Below are positions 1 through 13,358 of a stretch of DNA of 64,000 bases, one piece after another. Where the stretch lies: positions 5,332,001-5,396,000 of the forward strand of contig OZ059898.1 of the NCBI GenBank assembly GCA_964057225.1, written 5' to 3'. A model generated the notes under the pieces. That model saw nothing but the letters and a program-made list of their open reading frames with translations. It searched no databases and was not told the origin of the DNA. The stretch's first letter is position 1, and every line of letters starts with the position of its first letter. The position numbers and the translations under genes were made by a program. The stretch comes from Auanema rhodensis. Its lineage: Eukaryota; Animalia; Nematoda.

Positions 1-204
1 CTTGAATCACTCCGGTAGGTGTAACTTCTGTTTCAAAAGCATCTGTTACAGTATCGCAGAACATACAGGACATAAAGTTGTTAGTAGTCTGAGTAGCACA
101 AGAACTGAGCTCTAAGAATAAAAAAAATATTGTTGAAAATACAGTTTAAGTATACCTGCTCCAATAACAACAAGAGCTAAAATTGTGAACAAGACTTGAT
201 TCAT
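1..204 (-). CDS. Secreted saposin-like (spp-family-like) protein, 5' part; runs off the window
   Basis: ATG 204 gives a signal peptide MNQVLFTILALVVIGA. After a GTATAC..TTCTTAG intron it reads ELSSCATQTTNNFMSCMFCDTVTDAFETEV. A CxxC after the signal peptide resembles the start of a saposin-B domain. TATATAA lies about 45 bp upstream. Confidence 0.5.
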
Positions 205-1005
205 ATTGGTAATGTTTGAAATAAGAAATGACTCGTCTTTCGCGGCATTATATAAAAGCTGACCTCCTAGCTTCTCAAATTCCCTCATCGACTTCCTCGA
301 ATGAATAATAAAGCAACACTTCCGATTAGGTTCCTTTTGCGTCATCCTCTAGCAAAGAAATAATACCTTATTGTCATTTCCTTACATTAACATGACTTAT
401 AAAACAAAAACCTATGAACCACAATTAGAAACCTATGAACCACTCCTTCGCGCTTGGATTAATAATCAGTTGGAATAGAAGTCAGTACTAAGTTTGACTA
501 TTCAAATTCCTCGAGATAGTAAGGAGAACTATTCCAGTCTACTCTTATGAAAAATAGTATTCTCAGTGTATAGTTCTGTATTAAGTCCTAAGAGGGTTTT
601 TTCATTTTCTATATTTAACAATATTCTCTATACATAACCAAGTTGAAAAACCGGAAATTTAGTTCAGTAATATTGTAGGCGTGGAACACGATCCTTGTCA
701 TCCTCAACGTTTTTAATATTTACTATATCATGGTTCTGAATTTGCAATTTCAGAAGCTGGATCATCATGACGTATACAGGAAATGTGGTTCAATAATCTC
801 TGAACAATGCCTTTAAAAATTGACATACGTGAATATATTTTTATTCCAACGCCAGATTTCAAAAAAAGGACGTTTATATTTATTTAAGAAGGAATCAGGA
901 TTATGTACTATCAAACGTCTTCTAATGTTTCATTTTGAAATAAAATTATGGAATGATTGCAGAAGCATCTAACGAATATGGAAAACATATACTTATGAAG
1001 TTCAC

Positions 1006-4000
1006 ATGATGTCTAACTCAAAATATGATTCGCTGCGAATTAAATTGCCTCAAGCATCGAAATCTAGTAATTGGCTCTTGAATGACAAGTAAGAAAAGAA
1101 CTCTTTAAAAATTATGACAACGATTCAGGCTATCATCTGTTTTAAGTAAAAAGTCCATATTTGTAATCTTTCTATTTTTCGCATACTCATTTCTTTTGCT
1201 TTATGTTAGCGGGAGTTATGCCTTAGAATGCGGAACTCGTTATCCTCGTTCAGGAAAGGTATCTTACAAGTAAGACTATTAGATATTAAAAATAGCTTAT
1301 TACATTGAATGCACTCAGATACATGAATGATTATGATTCTGATTGTAATGGACATTCGTTCCAATCAAGAATTATAGAACAAAAGAGGTAGACAAATACT
1401 TTACGTCTCCACACGATAATATACTTTTTAGGATATTAGCATCTGTTCGACGAGAATTACTAGATTCATCGAAGAAGTTAGAAGAAGTAAATCAAATTAT
1501 TGATGATCTGAATAGGAAAATTCCTGAGAAACGTTAGCTCACACCTATTTTTGAAAACTATGAATTTTATAGAGCAAGAATTGGACCTGTTGCATGAAGC
1601 AAAAGAGAGCGCTCAAAGAGCACTTCAAGATCTTAAAGATCGAAGAAATGTTAGGGTTTTTTTACCACATACCCCACTCTACAATAAACTGTTTGTTTCT
1701 GTATTATTCATGAGCTTCTAATTTTCTAAAGTATTATAGACAAGAAGAAGCTTCTTATTTAAAAAGCACTACTCCAAAAGAATCTGATCTTTTCGACTTT
1801 AGGTTTATGCTTCCGTGTATGCTATATTGAGATTATATATTTTCAGCCGTTGTTCCATTACTTCATTCCTTCCGATATATATTGAAAATCAGCTTGGAGA
1901 TTCTTCATTCCAGAAAGAATTGGAAACATATGGAAATATTGTTAAAAATAGGGTACAAGCATGTATCACTGTAAGTCTTGGTATTGGAAAAAAAAAGTTT
2001 CTATCTTTAGATTTTACTTGTTAATTCTACTGTGAAGTCAACCACTCTTGCTAATGGTGGGCTTAACACTGTAATCGTAAATTTAGGAAAGTATATTGCT
2101 CATACGGGGTATGAAATTTTAGTTCAATCATCTGAAAAGAAAAGGTTTCCCTCATAGCTTATTTTATTTTAAATGATTTTCTCTTAGATTTTTTGATGAA
2201 TCATTATATTTGGAAATACCTTCCTATAATATTAATCGTTGGAAATCACTTCCAAATATTTTGCCATATACAAGAGAAGTATAGTATCTTTACTATGAAA
2301 AACTAATAATTATGTTAAGTTCTTGTTTTCCTGGATTGTTTTTGATGAAAACATAATGGATAAAACTAACTTGGATAAAGATATAACTAGATTATATTCC
2401 TCTTCTAAAAATTCGAGTGATTCTATTTCAATAATTAGATGTAAGCTGAAGGGCTCTTCATCAGTATGTTCTAACTCTTATCTTCAAGGTGAGCAACATA
2501 TTCTACAAGTCATATTTTTAATTTTACATACAGATGAATTGTACAAAAAATCAATTTTTTGCTTCATTGCTCCTGACTCTGATTTTCATAGAACTTTTTG
2601 GAAAGCATTGTCTTCAGGATGTGTGCCAATTGTTCTTTCTCAAACAGTACCTTTACCTTTTGAAGGTATTCTATAGTATTAAAACAGAAAGTCATTCTAA
2701 TAAATAATTCAGATTTGGTTGATTGGAGATTAGCTTCCTATCGGATGTCCTTATCCCGCTTACCCGAAGTTCATTTCATCATTCGATCCTTTGAAATGGC
2801 TGATGTTCTTGAAATGAAACGAATGGGACGAATATTTTTCGAAAAATATCTTATGGATCAGAGAGGTTTTCCTAATATGAATATATATCGATTGTCTAAA
2901 GATTAAGTATCATTTCCAGTTGTAGCAAAAACTTTAGTGTCTTCTTTAGCTTATAAGATTGGTGTACCATTAAAACCAATTTCTCACTTTAAGGTTCGTT
3001 GAATTTTAATTTTCCATTTATTCTGAGTTTTAGGCTGTTCCCCTTTTCGATGATTCCTTTGTCGCTCCCGTCTTAGTTCCCGTAAATTTACAGCCTTTCG
3101 ACGATGAATATTTAGGTATTTCCATATAAATTATATAATTGCTTTCAAAATTATTTTAGGCCCCTTGGAAGCACCTCATGAATCTTCTCGTTTTCTACAT
3201 AATTTTACTAGTTTGCAAATGGTATGTTTGATTTCTTTTTACTTAGATGCGATCTAATTTATAGTACTCAGCAAAAATATGGAATGATTTTGCCGGGTCT
3301 GATGTCGGGATGGAGCATTTACCTTTTTCTGTTGATCCTCCGACTGAAACTGAGTTTTACCCCGATTCTAACGCAGGTTTAAAAAAAAGTTTACCGTAAG
3401 GAGTAATACTTTTTAGGCTTTCGGTCTATTGATCCCGGCTCAGGTTTAGAGTTTAGCAAGAATTTAGGCGGAAATAGGGCCAGAGAACAATTCACAGGTT
3501 GTTGAAAAAAATGTAATATAAGTATGTTTTGTAATTCAGTTGTTATGCTGACTTATAATCGGGATGCTGTACTTGCATCGGCTTTGGAGCGATTGCATCG
3601 ATTGCCATATTTACAAAAGGTTAGACTGAATGAAGCTTGTTCAATTGTTTTGAAATGTCATATTCAGGTTATTGTTATTTGGCACAATCTTCATCGAAGT
3701 CCTACAGGTGCATGGCCCCGATTACATGTGCCAGTTGAGTACGTTTTCAATTCTAAATAAACATCTTATTTACGCCATGTGTTTAGATTTTTAAAAGTTT
3801 CTAAAAACAGCTTGAACAATAGATTTATCCCTTGGGATAGGATAGAAACTGAAGCTGTATTATCTCTTGATGACGACATAGATTTGAAGCACTATGAAAT
3901 AATTTTTGCTTTCAGGTATTACATGTTTCCTTTTGCTCTTTCCTAATTTCCGATTTAGAGTTTGGCGAGAGAACAGAGATCGTATCGTCGGATTTCCGGC

Positions 4001-4719
4001 AAGGTTTCATGCTCGCTTTGGGGACAACATTTTTTATAATAGTAATCACACTTGTCAATTAAGCATGATTTTAACAGGAGCATCTTTTATTCACAAAGTA
4101 AGTTTAGAATGTTGTATATATAAACATTTCTTACACGTTTCGTATTTTAAGTCTTTCTTACACTCCTATACGAACGGCATGCCGGAAGCCATCAAAGAGC
4201 ACATTGATAATGTCATGAATTGTGAAGATATTGCAATGAATTTCCTTGTAAGCCATCTGACTCGAAAGCCACCTATTAAAACTACTAGCAAATGGACTCT
4301 TAGGTGAATTATTACCGTTCTCTTGTGAATTAAACATACCTTTTCAGATGTGCACAATGTACTGAAGCTCTATCACAAGATAATGACCATTTTGAAAAAA
4401 GACACGAATGTATACGATTTTTCACTAAAATTTATGGATATAATCCATTGAAGTGAGTTTTTATTAACTATATTTGCTATAATTAAGTTTGAAAGAAATA
4501 ATAAAAAGCTTTCCAACATAGTCATACAGTTGTAGTCGTATGGTTTTACGACTGTTTAATCTACAAGTGGAGAGCAGAAAAAATGTCTTTAATAATAGTA
4601 AAAGAGACTTTGTTCAATTAAACTTATTTGTGTTCAGATTCTCGCAGTTCAGAGCTGATTCTGTTTTATTCAAAACTAGGTTACCAGCTGACAAGCAGAA
4701 GTGTTTCAAGTACGTATAA
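1006..4719 (+). CDS. rib-2: Exostosin-like glycosyltransferase (EXTL3 orthologue, heparan sulfate synthesis), multi-exon
   Basis: N-terminal TM and coiled coil, exostosin domain ([16 protein letters not shown]), GT64 domain ([66 protein letters not shown]). Ends [22 protein letters not shown]. The start codon is approximate. Confidence 0.93.
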
Positions 4720-7700
4720 ACTGAGATACTCGACAATTAACTGTATCATTTTATATTCAATAATTGTTCTTCCACGGGTATTCGAGGCTCCATCATTCTT
4801 ATAATTTGTTCACGTGTAATTGTAATGATAAACCGGTTTTATATTTTCTTGTGTGAAAATTATTTTCAATGAAATATCTTTATGTTAAAAGAACAAGCCG
4901 AGTATGAGTTTCTACTAGAGACAAGATTACTCTTGCTCCAACCACAAAACTTTAAAAGTCGGGTCATCGCAATTTATTTCATTTTTTCTTTAGCTGCAAG
5001 TTCATGGTCGAATCAGTTTAAATTTATTTGCAATTGACGAATTCTACAATTACAATGTTGAGTTTCCCAAGCGGAAAAGAAATATTTATAGAGCTATAAG
5101 AATATAGTTGAAGAGGATTTAGTTATTCGTTTTTTCTTGTAGTTCTAGTAATTTCACCATGATCTGTTCATCTAGCATATTGATAAATTGAATTAGGAAC
5201 TCAAGTGATCTGAGTTCTTAAGTTAGTAGATTTTGAGCTAAGGATTTGCACATTGTATGAAGAGATAGGGCAGCTTTTCTAGAAGAAATGTTTCCGAAAA
5301 TTTCTCTTATCGTTTATCAAAAACATGAACCAGAATAAGAGTAATCTTAGTTTGAGTCATCCTAGAAGAGCAATGATATTTCTTCAATATTTTAATTTCA
5401 TAAAATGTATATTAGTTTTTGAATTTCAAAAAATATTTTAAAATAAAATAAAATAAAATATTTCTTTTATAATATTTCAGCTGTGTGTCCCATCTCAAAA
5501 AATAATTTCTGATATAGAAACGGTTACTTAAAAATGAAGACACGATGTATTGTATGACAAGTATACATAGGTTGTCGTCCTTCGATGATGTTCTCTTCTC
5601 CTTCACCTTGTAAGGGAAGTGAATGTTGAGAGGTGTAATTGCAGCGCAAACAAGTCAGTTATCGGCCTCGCTCACTTCAGTTGCCTGTAGAAACTCACAA
5701 GGCTTCATATTCTTACCACCTCACAACTCTCTCGTTTCTATTGATCCTTCTATCCCACCTTCTGTCCATCTATCCATACACGTCCTCTGTTCGTCGATCA
5801 TTCTTTTCTCCTCACTATACACACATACACGGCCATATAGGGCAACAATAGGCGCCGACCCTCATCTCATTCCTCTTCGTTCTTTTCTTCCTCCTTCTCT
5901 TTTTACATCGTCCTGTATGCTCTTGCAAACATCTTTCTGGCTGTCATCATCTTCCGTCTTCTTCACTCATTGGATTTCCATATCCAGAGTCTTCTTCATT
6001 TCAATGTCTTTCTACTCGTCTACATCAATTTCTTCTGCGAAATGGTTCGGCATTGTCTAGAAAAGTTGGATTCTTCCTCAACTATTTCTCGCGAACCACA
6101 TATTTATAATAAATCGATTATTGCTTTTGTAATATTCACCCAATTATTAAATTTTTCATTTTTTCAGATATATATTTTGAACCTTTGAATAATTCTTTGA
6201 TTTTGCTGAAAATAGTAAAATTAACTAGGCATTTTAGTTTTTCGGATTGAGTAAAATTTACTAAAAGGAATGCAGCCAAAACTATAGCAATGCGTATTTC
6301 AGAAAATGTTATATATGTGTATCGAAGACTAGAATACGATAAATAACTTGTTTGTTAAATCTGAATCTGAATATGCTGCTCACATTCCGAGTTAGTGAAC
6401 CACAATTGCCTTGATTATTTCATCGCTTCGAAGGATTAATGCTCATTTTTCTCTTTAATATGCGAAGAATTCATTTACGTTTCTCAAATTTATTGCAATC
6501 TTTTATGTAGTTTCTGAAGATACTTTGATCATAGTGAGACATAAATATCTATAAATGTCATATATAAAATGCAGGATGTAACTTTGGAGATTTTGAACGG
6601 GAAGCACTTAACAATTGTGAGCATTGTATGTGTTAAAAAGCATATTCAGATGAGATCATTCAAGAAAGAGGAGACAGACACACAAGAGGCACAGAGAGTC
6701 ACACCATCATCTATCTTTCTCTTTCTTCTGCCTTCCTCTTATGTGACCACACTAACTCCACATGTTCCATCTCTATGTCTCCTTTGTCTAGTTTTCTTGT
6801 TCATGTATGGTCAAACCTAAACGACATCCCAAGCAATGGCGAGGTCGGAACATATTTGACGGCGTCCTTGTGCTCGTTTTGATGTCATATTCACTGCCGT
6901 GTTTCATCAGAATGTCAGACTACAGACCTCAGTCGTAACTCTTACTTCGATTTTTCACAATTATATTGAAATTTCCTCCGCTGTGTTGAAATACATGATT
7001 GAGGCTAACAAGCAATATGAAAAATTATATTATAACAACCTTATTGCAAGAATAAAATCACCAATTAGTTTGTTACTAAAGTAATTTTTACTCTAAATAT
7101 AAGGTCCGTTATTTTAAAGGATTCATGAGAGACTAAGACAATAGTTCTTGGCTCTTTCAGCTTTTATGATACATCCAAATCCTCTTCATGTAATTTATTT
7201 TCTCTATATTTTCTTCTTCTTCCCTTTTTCCTTCTTGTCAACCATATTTCCTTTCTTATCCAGCATAGCCTTGATGCTTCACATGCTGGTATAGATGAAT
7301 GTTAGTTGGCCACGGGCCGTCTGCAGAGAGCCAGAGAAGGAAGGACAAAAGGGCGGAGAGAGCAATTACGCCCAGTCAGTCGACCACAGACAGCTATCCA
7401 GCCAAGAGTCTCTCTTTTACTCCGTGCCTTTCCTCAACAAGCTTTTCGTGGTCCGTATTCTCCGTCAATTCGCGTAATTCAATATCTGACTTTCGGTTTA
7501 GTTCTAAACTCGAATTCTTGAGTCTCAGTGTACAGCTTCTCGGCCTTATATGGTTCAATGCGCGCTTAACAGAATTCAGACCAACAACTAAATAGTTTAC
7601 AATAAGTACTGTACAACAAATATTTTATTGATAGTAACGCTAAAATTTACTTTTTAATCGAAATTCAAGAATAAAACTCTATTATTGAATGTTCAAGAAA

Positions 7701-8939
7701 TTGCAATTTTTTTTCGTTTTTTCCAGTTTAGTTTTGGTGCTTTGTTCAAACTGCGTGGAAATGCAAAAGGCCCGTTATTAAATATATGTCTCGTGCTACT
7801 CACAAAGAACTAAGCTTTCAGTTTCTCTCTTCTACTTTTATATTAGTATCCTTCGAGCATTTAAGGTTTTCTCTCTCTCGGACCCTCTTCGTCTCTTTTG
7901 ATCTTGTTTTACGAAACAAAGTCGTGAAAAATTGAAGAACGAGCGTTACTATTGCTCAGCTTTTGAAGCCCAGCAGCCGTCAACAAATCGACTAGCTTAG
8001 TTATGGTCTTCCGCCATCTTGAATAACCGCATGTAGTACGTTCTTGAAGGTTTAGTTCCTTCTTCTGTTGTAGTTTTTCTTCACAATTAATTCATTGAAA
8101 CTGAAATCATCACCAAACAACATAAGCAGCCGTTTTTGATGATTGGATAAAAAAATTCTATGACTAAGTCATGATTCATCTCCCGTAGTCAAGTTATTTT
8201 TCATTGCTTCTCGCTTTCAACATTTTGTTTTTCCTTCGACACCAATTGGCGCTACTTATATTTCTACTGTACATAAATTGAGAAGTATTAATTTTAAAGC
8301 ACTCAAGGTTTACCTAATATGCTTAATTAATACACGAAACAGCAGAACGTCATTAAATTGAAATGCTTCAGATCCCAGTGCCCATTTATGGTTCGAATGA
8401 CATTGATTGCTGCCCGGACGGCAGCTTACAAATAACAACGGCAGCGTCTGTCTCTCTCGGAGCTATCATATGCCGTTCCCTCTCTATTCACAAGGCTCTT
8501 TCTCCATTCCTTTTCTGTCATACAATCTAACAACTAGTTCATTGACTTGCAGATTCAGCATTTCTTATTAGTTATACGAGATGGCGAAGGTTAAGCATAA
8601 CGAAGTCGATCGTCCTCGTTACTACTTCATATGTCGACGTTTGACATTTAGTTGCCTATCTATCTTCTGCTCTCGTGAGCCATCGTCGACTTCTAATTAA
8701 GGGAGAATGAAGAGAAATAGAAGACTGAGTTGAAGATAAAGGAAATAAGAAAAAGAGAGAGAGAGAGCATGGAAGTTGAGAAAAGCAGAAAAGCCTCTAG
8801 AATGTAATTTAAGAGAATCAATTGTGAGACAAGTATTTTATAAGAGTATCTTCTTGAAAATCATACTTCCTTTCAATCTTCTAGCTTCGAATGAATTTCA
8901 TACAAAAAAGTAAGAGGATCAATTCATAATTGGTCCAGC

Positions 8940-9263
8940 AAGAGTCTCTGCTATCTCTCTTCCTCTCTTTCTCTTCTCGTGCCCCGCCTTTCATTCATTC
9001 AGCCCCTCCCCACTCTTTTCTTATATGGACATACATCAGGCTAAGCTGACTCAGGCCCCTCCCTCCCCACCGGCGAGCCCGGCAGCAGCTGCGGCAGCAG
9101 CGCCGGCACAGGAGCAACGGCTCAATAACTGCTTCGTCTCTACACCCTCGAAACCTGCTATTCTCTTAGGCCTTGTTCTACATACATTTTCGATTATTCA
9201 ATACAATTCGAACAATTCAAAAATTGAAACAAAATCAATTACTCATCAAAAAACAACAACGAG
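8940..9263 (+). promoter_or_regulatory. GC-rich promoter / first non-coding exon of the putative pri-miR-87 host transcript
   Basis: CT-rich and GC-box (GCCCCGCC) blocks and a GC island, then a donor GAG|GTTAGT at 9263/9264. A TTTCAG acceptor ending at 9473 brackets the hairpin. Confidence 0.45.
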
Positions 9264-9307
9264 GTTAGTTTAATCAAACCAAATAATGCAACCTTGGTTC
9301 CCATCTA

Positions 9308-9391
9308 TTCTCACCCTTCCACGCCTGGCACTTGACTCAAACCTTAGAAAAGGACAGGTGAGCAAGGGGTCAGGTGTAGAAGATATGAGAA
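9308..9391 (+). ncRNA. mir-87: miR-87-family pre-miRNA hairpin; predicted mature 3p arm GUGAGCAAGGGGUCAGGUGUAG at 9358-9379
   Basis: The 3p arm has the miR-87 5' end GTGAGCAA and 3' block TCAGGTGT (canonical, from recall: GTGAGCAAAGTTTCAGGTGTGC). The 5p arm ACGCCTGGCACTTGACTCAAACCT pairs with it and resembles miR-87-5p. A basal stem TTCTCA/TGAGAA extends the hairpin. Confidence 0.85.
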
Positions 9392-9820
9392 CTGACTAAC
9401 CACCAAATTCAAAAACTATAATTGATTTATAGATAGGATTAAGAACATTTTAAACGTAAAGGACATCTTTCAGTTTTAAACGGATCTGCTTGAAGTGCAC
9501 ATTTATCAATACTTGATACCACTGCGAAGTACTCGACGACACGAAAAATACCAACCAGATAGTAATGATAAAAATTTCGATGCAATGATACTAGAGTATT
9601 ACTGTGGCAAAAATTCACAGAAAAGAAACCAAACGATCTCCATTCATCTTTTTGATGGATCCGTGTATTTAATTTTATACATATTCAACATAGAAACATG
9701 AAATCACTACAAGAGTTTATCAGCATGATAATACACGTTAAGTTCACAAAGTGTTAAATTAAAAACAATCGACCACGATACATCAAAACATTGCTACAAA
9801 TATAAGAGCACGGGGAAAAT

Positions 9821-11152
<1,332 letters not shown>

Positions 11153-12863
11153 ATGGGGAAGAAGGACAAGAAAAAATCAAAAGAAGATATTGCGGTTTGT
11201 TGCCAATAATAAAAAAAATATATATTCTAATTTTAGGAGGTTCAAAGCTCTGAAAGCTTTCAATTACCATCATCCAAGGAAGCACCCCAACTCGATGCTT
11301 CTGAATGGCCTCTTTTGCTTAAGGTATTAGTGTAGTTTGGGTCATTTTTACTTTAGTTACTTTTAGAACTATGATAAACTTAATGTTCGTACTAACCATT
11401 TCACACCATTGGTTGAGGGATGCTCTCCTTTAAAAAGAGAAATCCGTAACTATATATCTTCTGGTTTTTTTAATTTGGACAAACCATCTAACCCTTCATC
11501 CCATGAAGTCGTCGCTTGGATTAAAAGAATATTAAGGGTAGAGAAAACTGGCCACAGTGGAACTTTAGATCCTAAGGTTTGTTAACTCATTAAATTTGTA
11601 TAATCGTAGTCTCCTAGGTATCGGGATGTCTTATAGTGTGCATCGATAGAACAACTCGTTTGGCCAAATCTCAACAAGGTGCTGGTAAAGAATACGTTTG
11701 CATTTTTAAGCTTCACAATGCTGTTGATAGCGTAAAGAAAGTTAAGCAAGGTCTTGAAAAGGTTTAGAGTTATAAAGAAGCATAGTTATACATATTACCG
11801 TTTTAGCTTACCGGAGCTCTATTCCAACGTCCTCCTCTTATTTCTGCAGTTAAGCGTCAATTGAGAATTAGAACTGTTTATGAGAATAAATTAATCGAGT
11901 ATGATCCCGAAAAACAGATGGGTATTTTCTGGTAAGTCATAAAAATTACAAAGTGGGATTTATTATTTTTTTTTGAAAATTTTTAGGGTGAAATGTGAAT
12001 CAGGTACTTATGTGCGTACAATTTGCGTTCATTTGGGTATTCTTCTCGGAGTAGGAGGACAAATGCAAGAACTTCGTCGTAATAGGTATTTATATTTTCC
12101 CCTTTTTCTTAAAATTCACTCTTTTGTAGATCTGGAATTACTGATGAACATGACCAGCTTGTTACAATGCATGATATTCTAGATGCCCAATACTTATTGG
12201 ATCATCAAAAGGTGTGAAAAATATAATCAAATCTGTACTGTATAGATTTGTTTAGGATGAAACATACATGAGACGTATTGTTAGACCACTGGAGGCTCTT
12301 CTTGTGCAACACAAGAGAGTTATCATCAAAGACAGTGCTGTAAGCTGAATATACCTAAAAAAACAGTTCAATGATTGCTTTTTAGATCAATGCCGTATGC
12401 TATGGAGCCAAGATTCTCATTCCAGGAGTTCTTAGATTCGATGACGGAATTGAGGTTGGCCAGGAGATTGTTATTGTAACGACCAAAGGAGAAGCCGTTT
12501 GCATTGGTAAGATTTGGATTCAATTAGTTGTTTTGAAATTTGAATTTAGCTATTGCTCAAATGACAACTGCTACAATTGCTTCTGTTGATCACGGTACCG
12601 TTGCTAAGTCTAAGAGAGTCATTATGGAGAGAGATGTATACCCACGCAAGTGGGGACTTGGACCTGTTTCATCAAAAAAGAAGCAAGACACCAAGGCATA
12701 TATTTAGCTTTTTTCCAGTGATTTATTCATAGCAATTTAGACATCCTTGTCTACCAAATTTGAGAAGAAGGATGAGGAAATGCACGAGGATTTATCTGCT
12801 AGCAAGCCCAAGAAGGTCAAAAAAGAAGTAAAAGCGGAAAGTAGTAGTTCCGATAGTGAATAG
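11153..12863 (+). CDS. DKC1: Dyskerin / Cbf5 H/ACA pseudouridine synthase
   Basis: [51 protein letters not shown] (catalytic Asp), [12 protein letters not shown] domain [17 protein letters not shown], and a Lys/acidic tail. Confidence 0.97.
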
Positions 12864-13358
12864 TATTGTACATTTTCATTTGTTTCCTTGTTAACCACTA
12901 AAGTTCTTTAACACTTTACTGTTGTTTTATATGTTGCTATTGTTATTTCTAGAAATATTTTTTGTTGAACCTGTCGTTGTTGGTCTATGAACGTTGTTGA
13001 CTCTTTGAGATGTTATATTTCATTCTTCGCATAAAACACCTCGACAAGAATTGTCTTCTCTCTCATTCATCTCTGAGAATAATCGTTGAGATTTATTTGA
13101 ATCAAGTGAACTTTATATGAAAAAGTGAGATTAGATAAGTGATTAGATCCATTTATATAACTGGTAAGTTACGTCATAACGAAAGCGAGCGGTTGCGAGG
13201 CGGCTCCGCCTCCTTGGTACCGCCCTGGAGGCATTCTTCAGAACTGGTCGTCTGTGGTCTCGGTGGATAACTATTGTGTATATTGGATGTTGGGAAGCCT
13301 TGACTCGAGCCTGATTTGAGACAGCCTCATTTCTTGATACTTTGTTAATTCCTGAGTT

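Noticed and set aside
9025-9273. ORF MDIHQAKLTQAPPSPPASPAAAAAAAP as a protein or miRNA-encoded peptide
   Set aside because: The Ala/Pro run is explained by a GC-rich GCA/GCG island. There is no domain, and the rest reads like UTR. It cannot be excluded without ribosome data.
9388-9403. 16-mer AGAACTGACTAACCAC shared with 24867-24882
   Set aside because: One AT-balanced 16-mer match in 64 kb is plausible by chance, and the flanks do not align.
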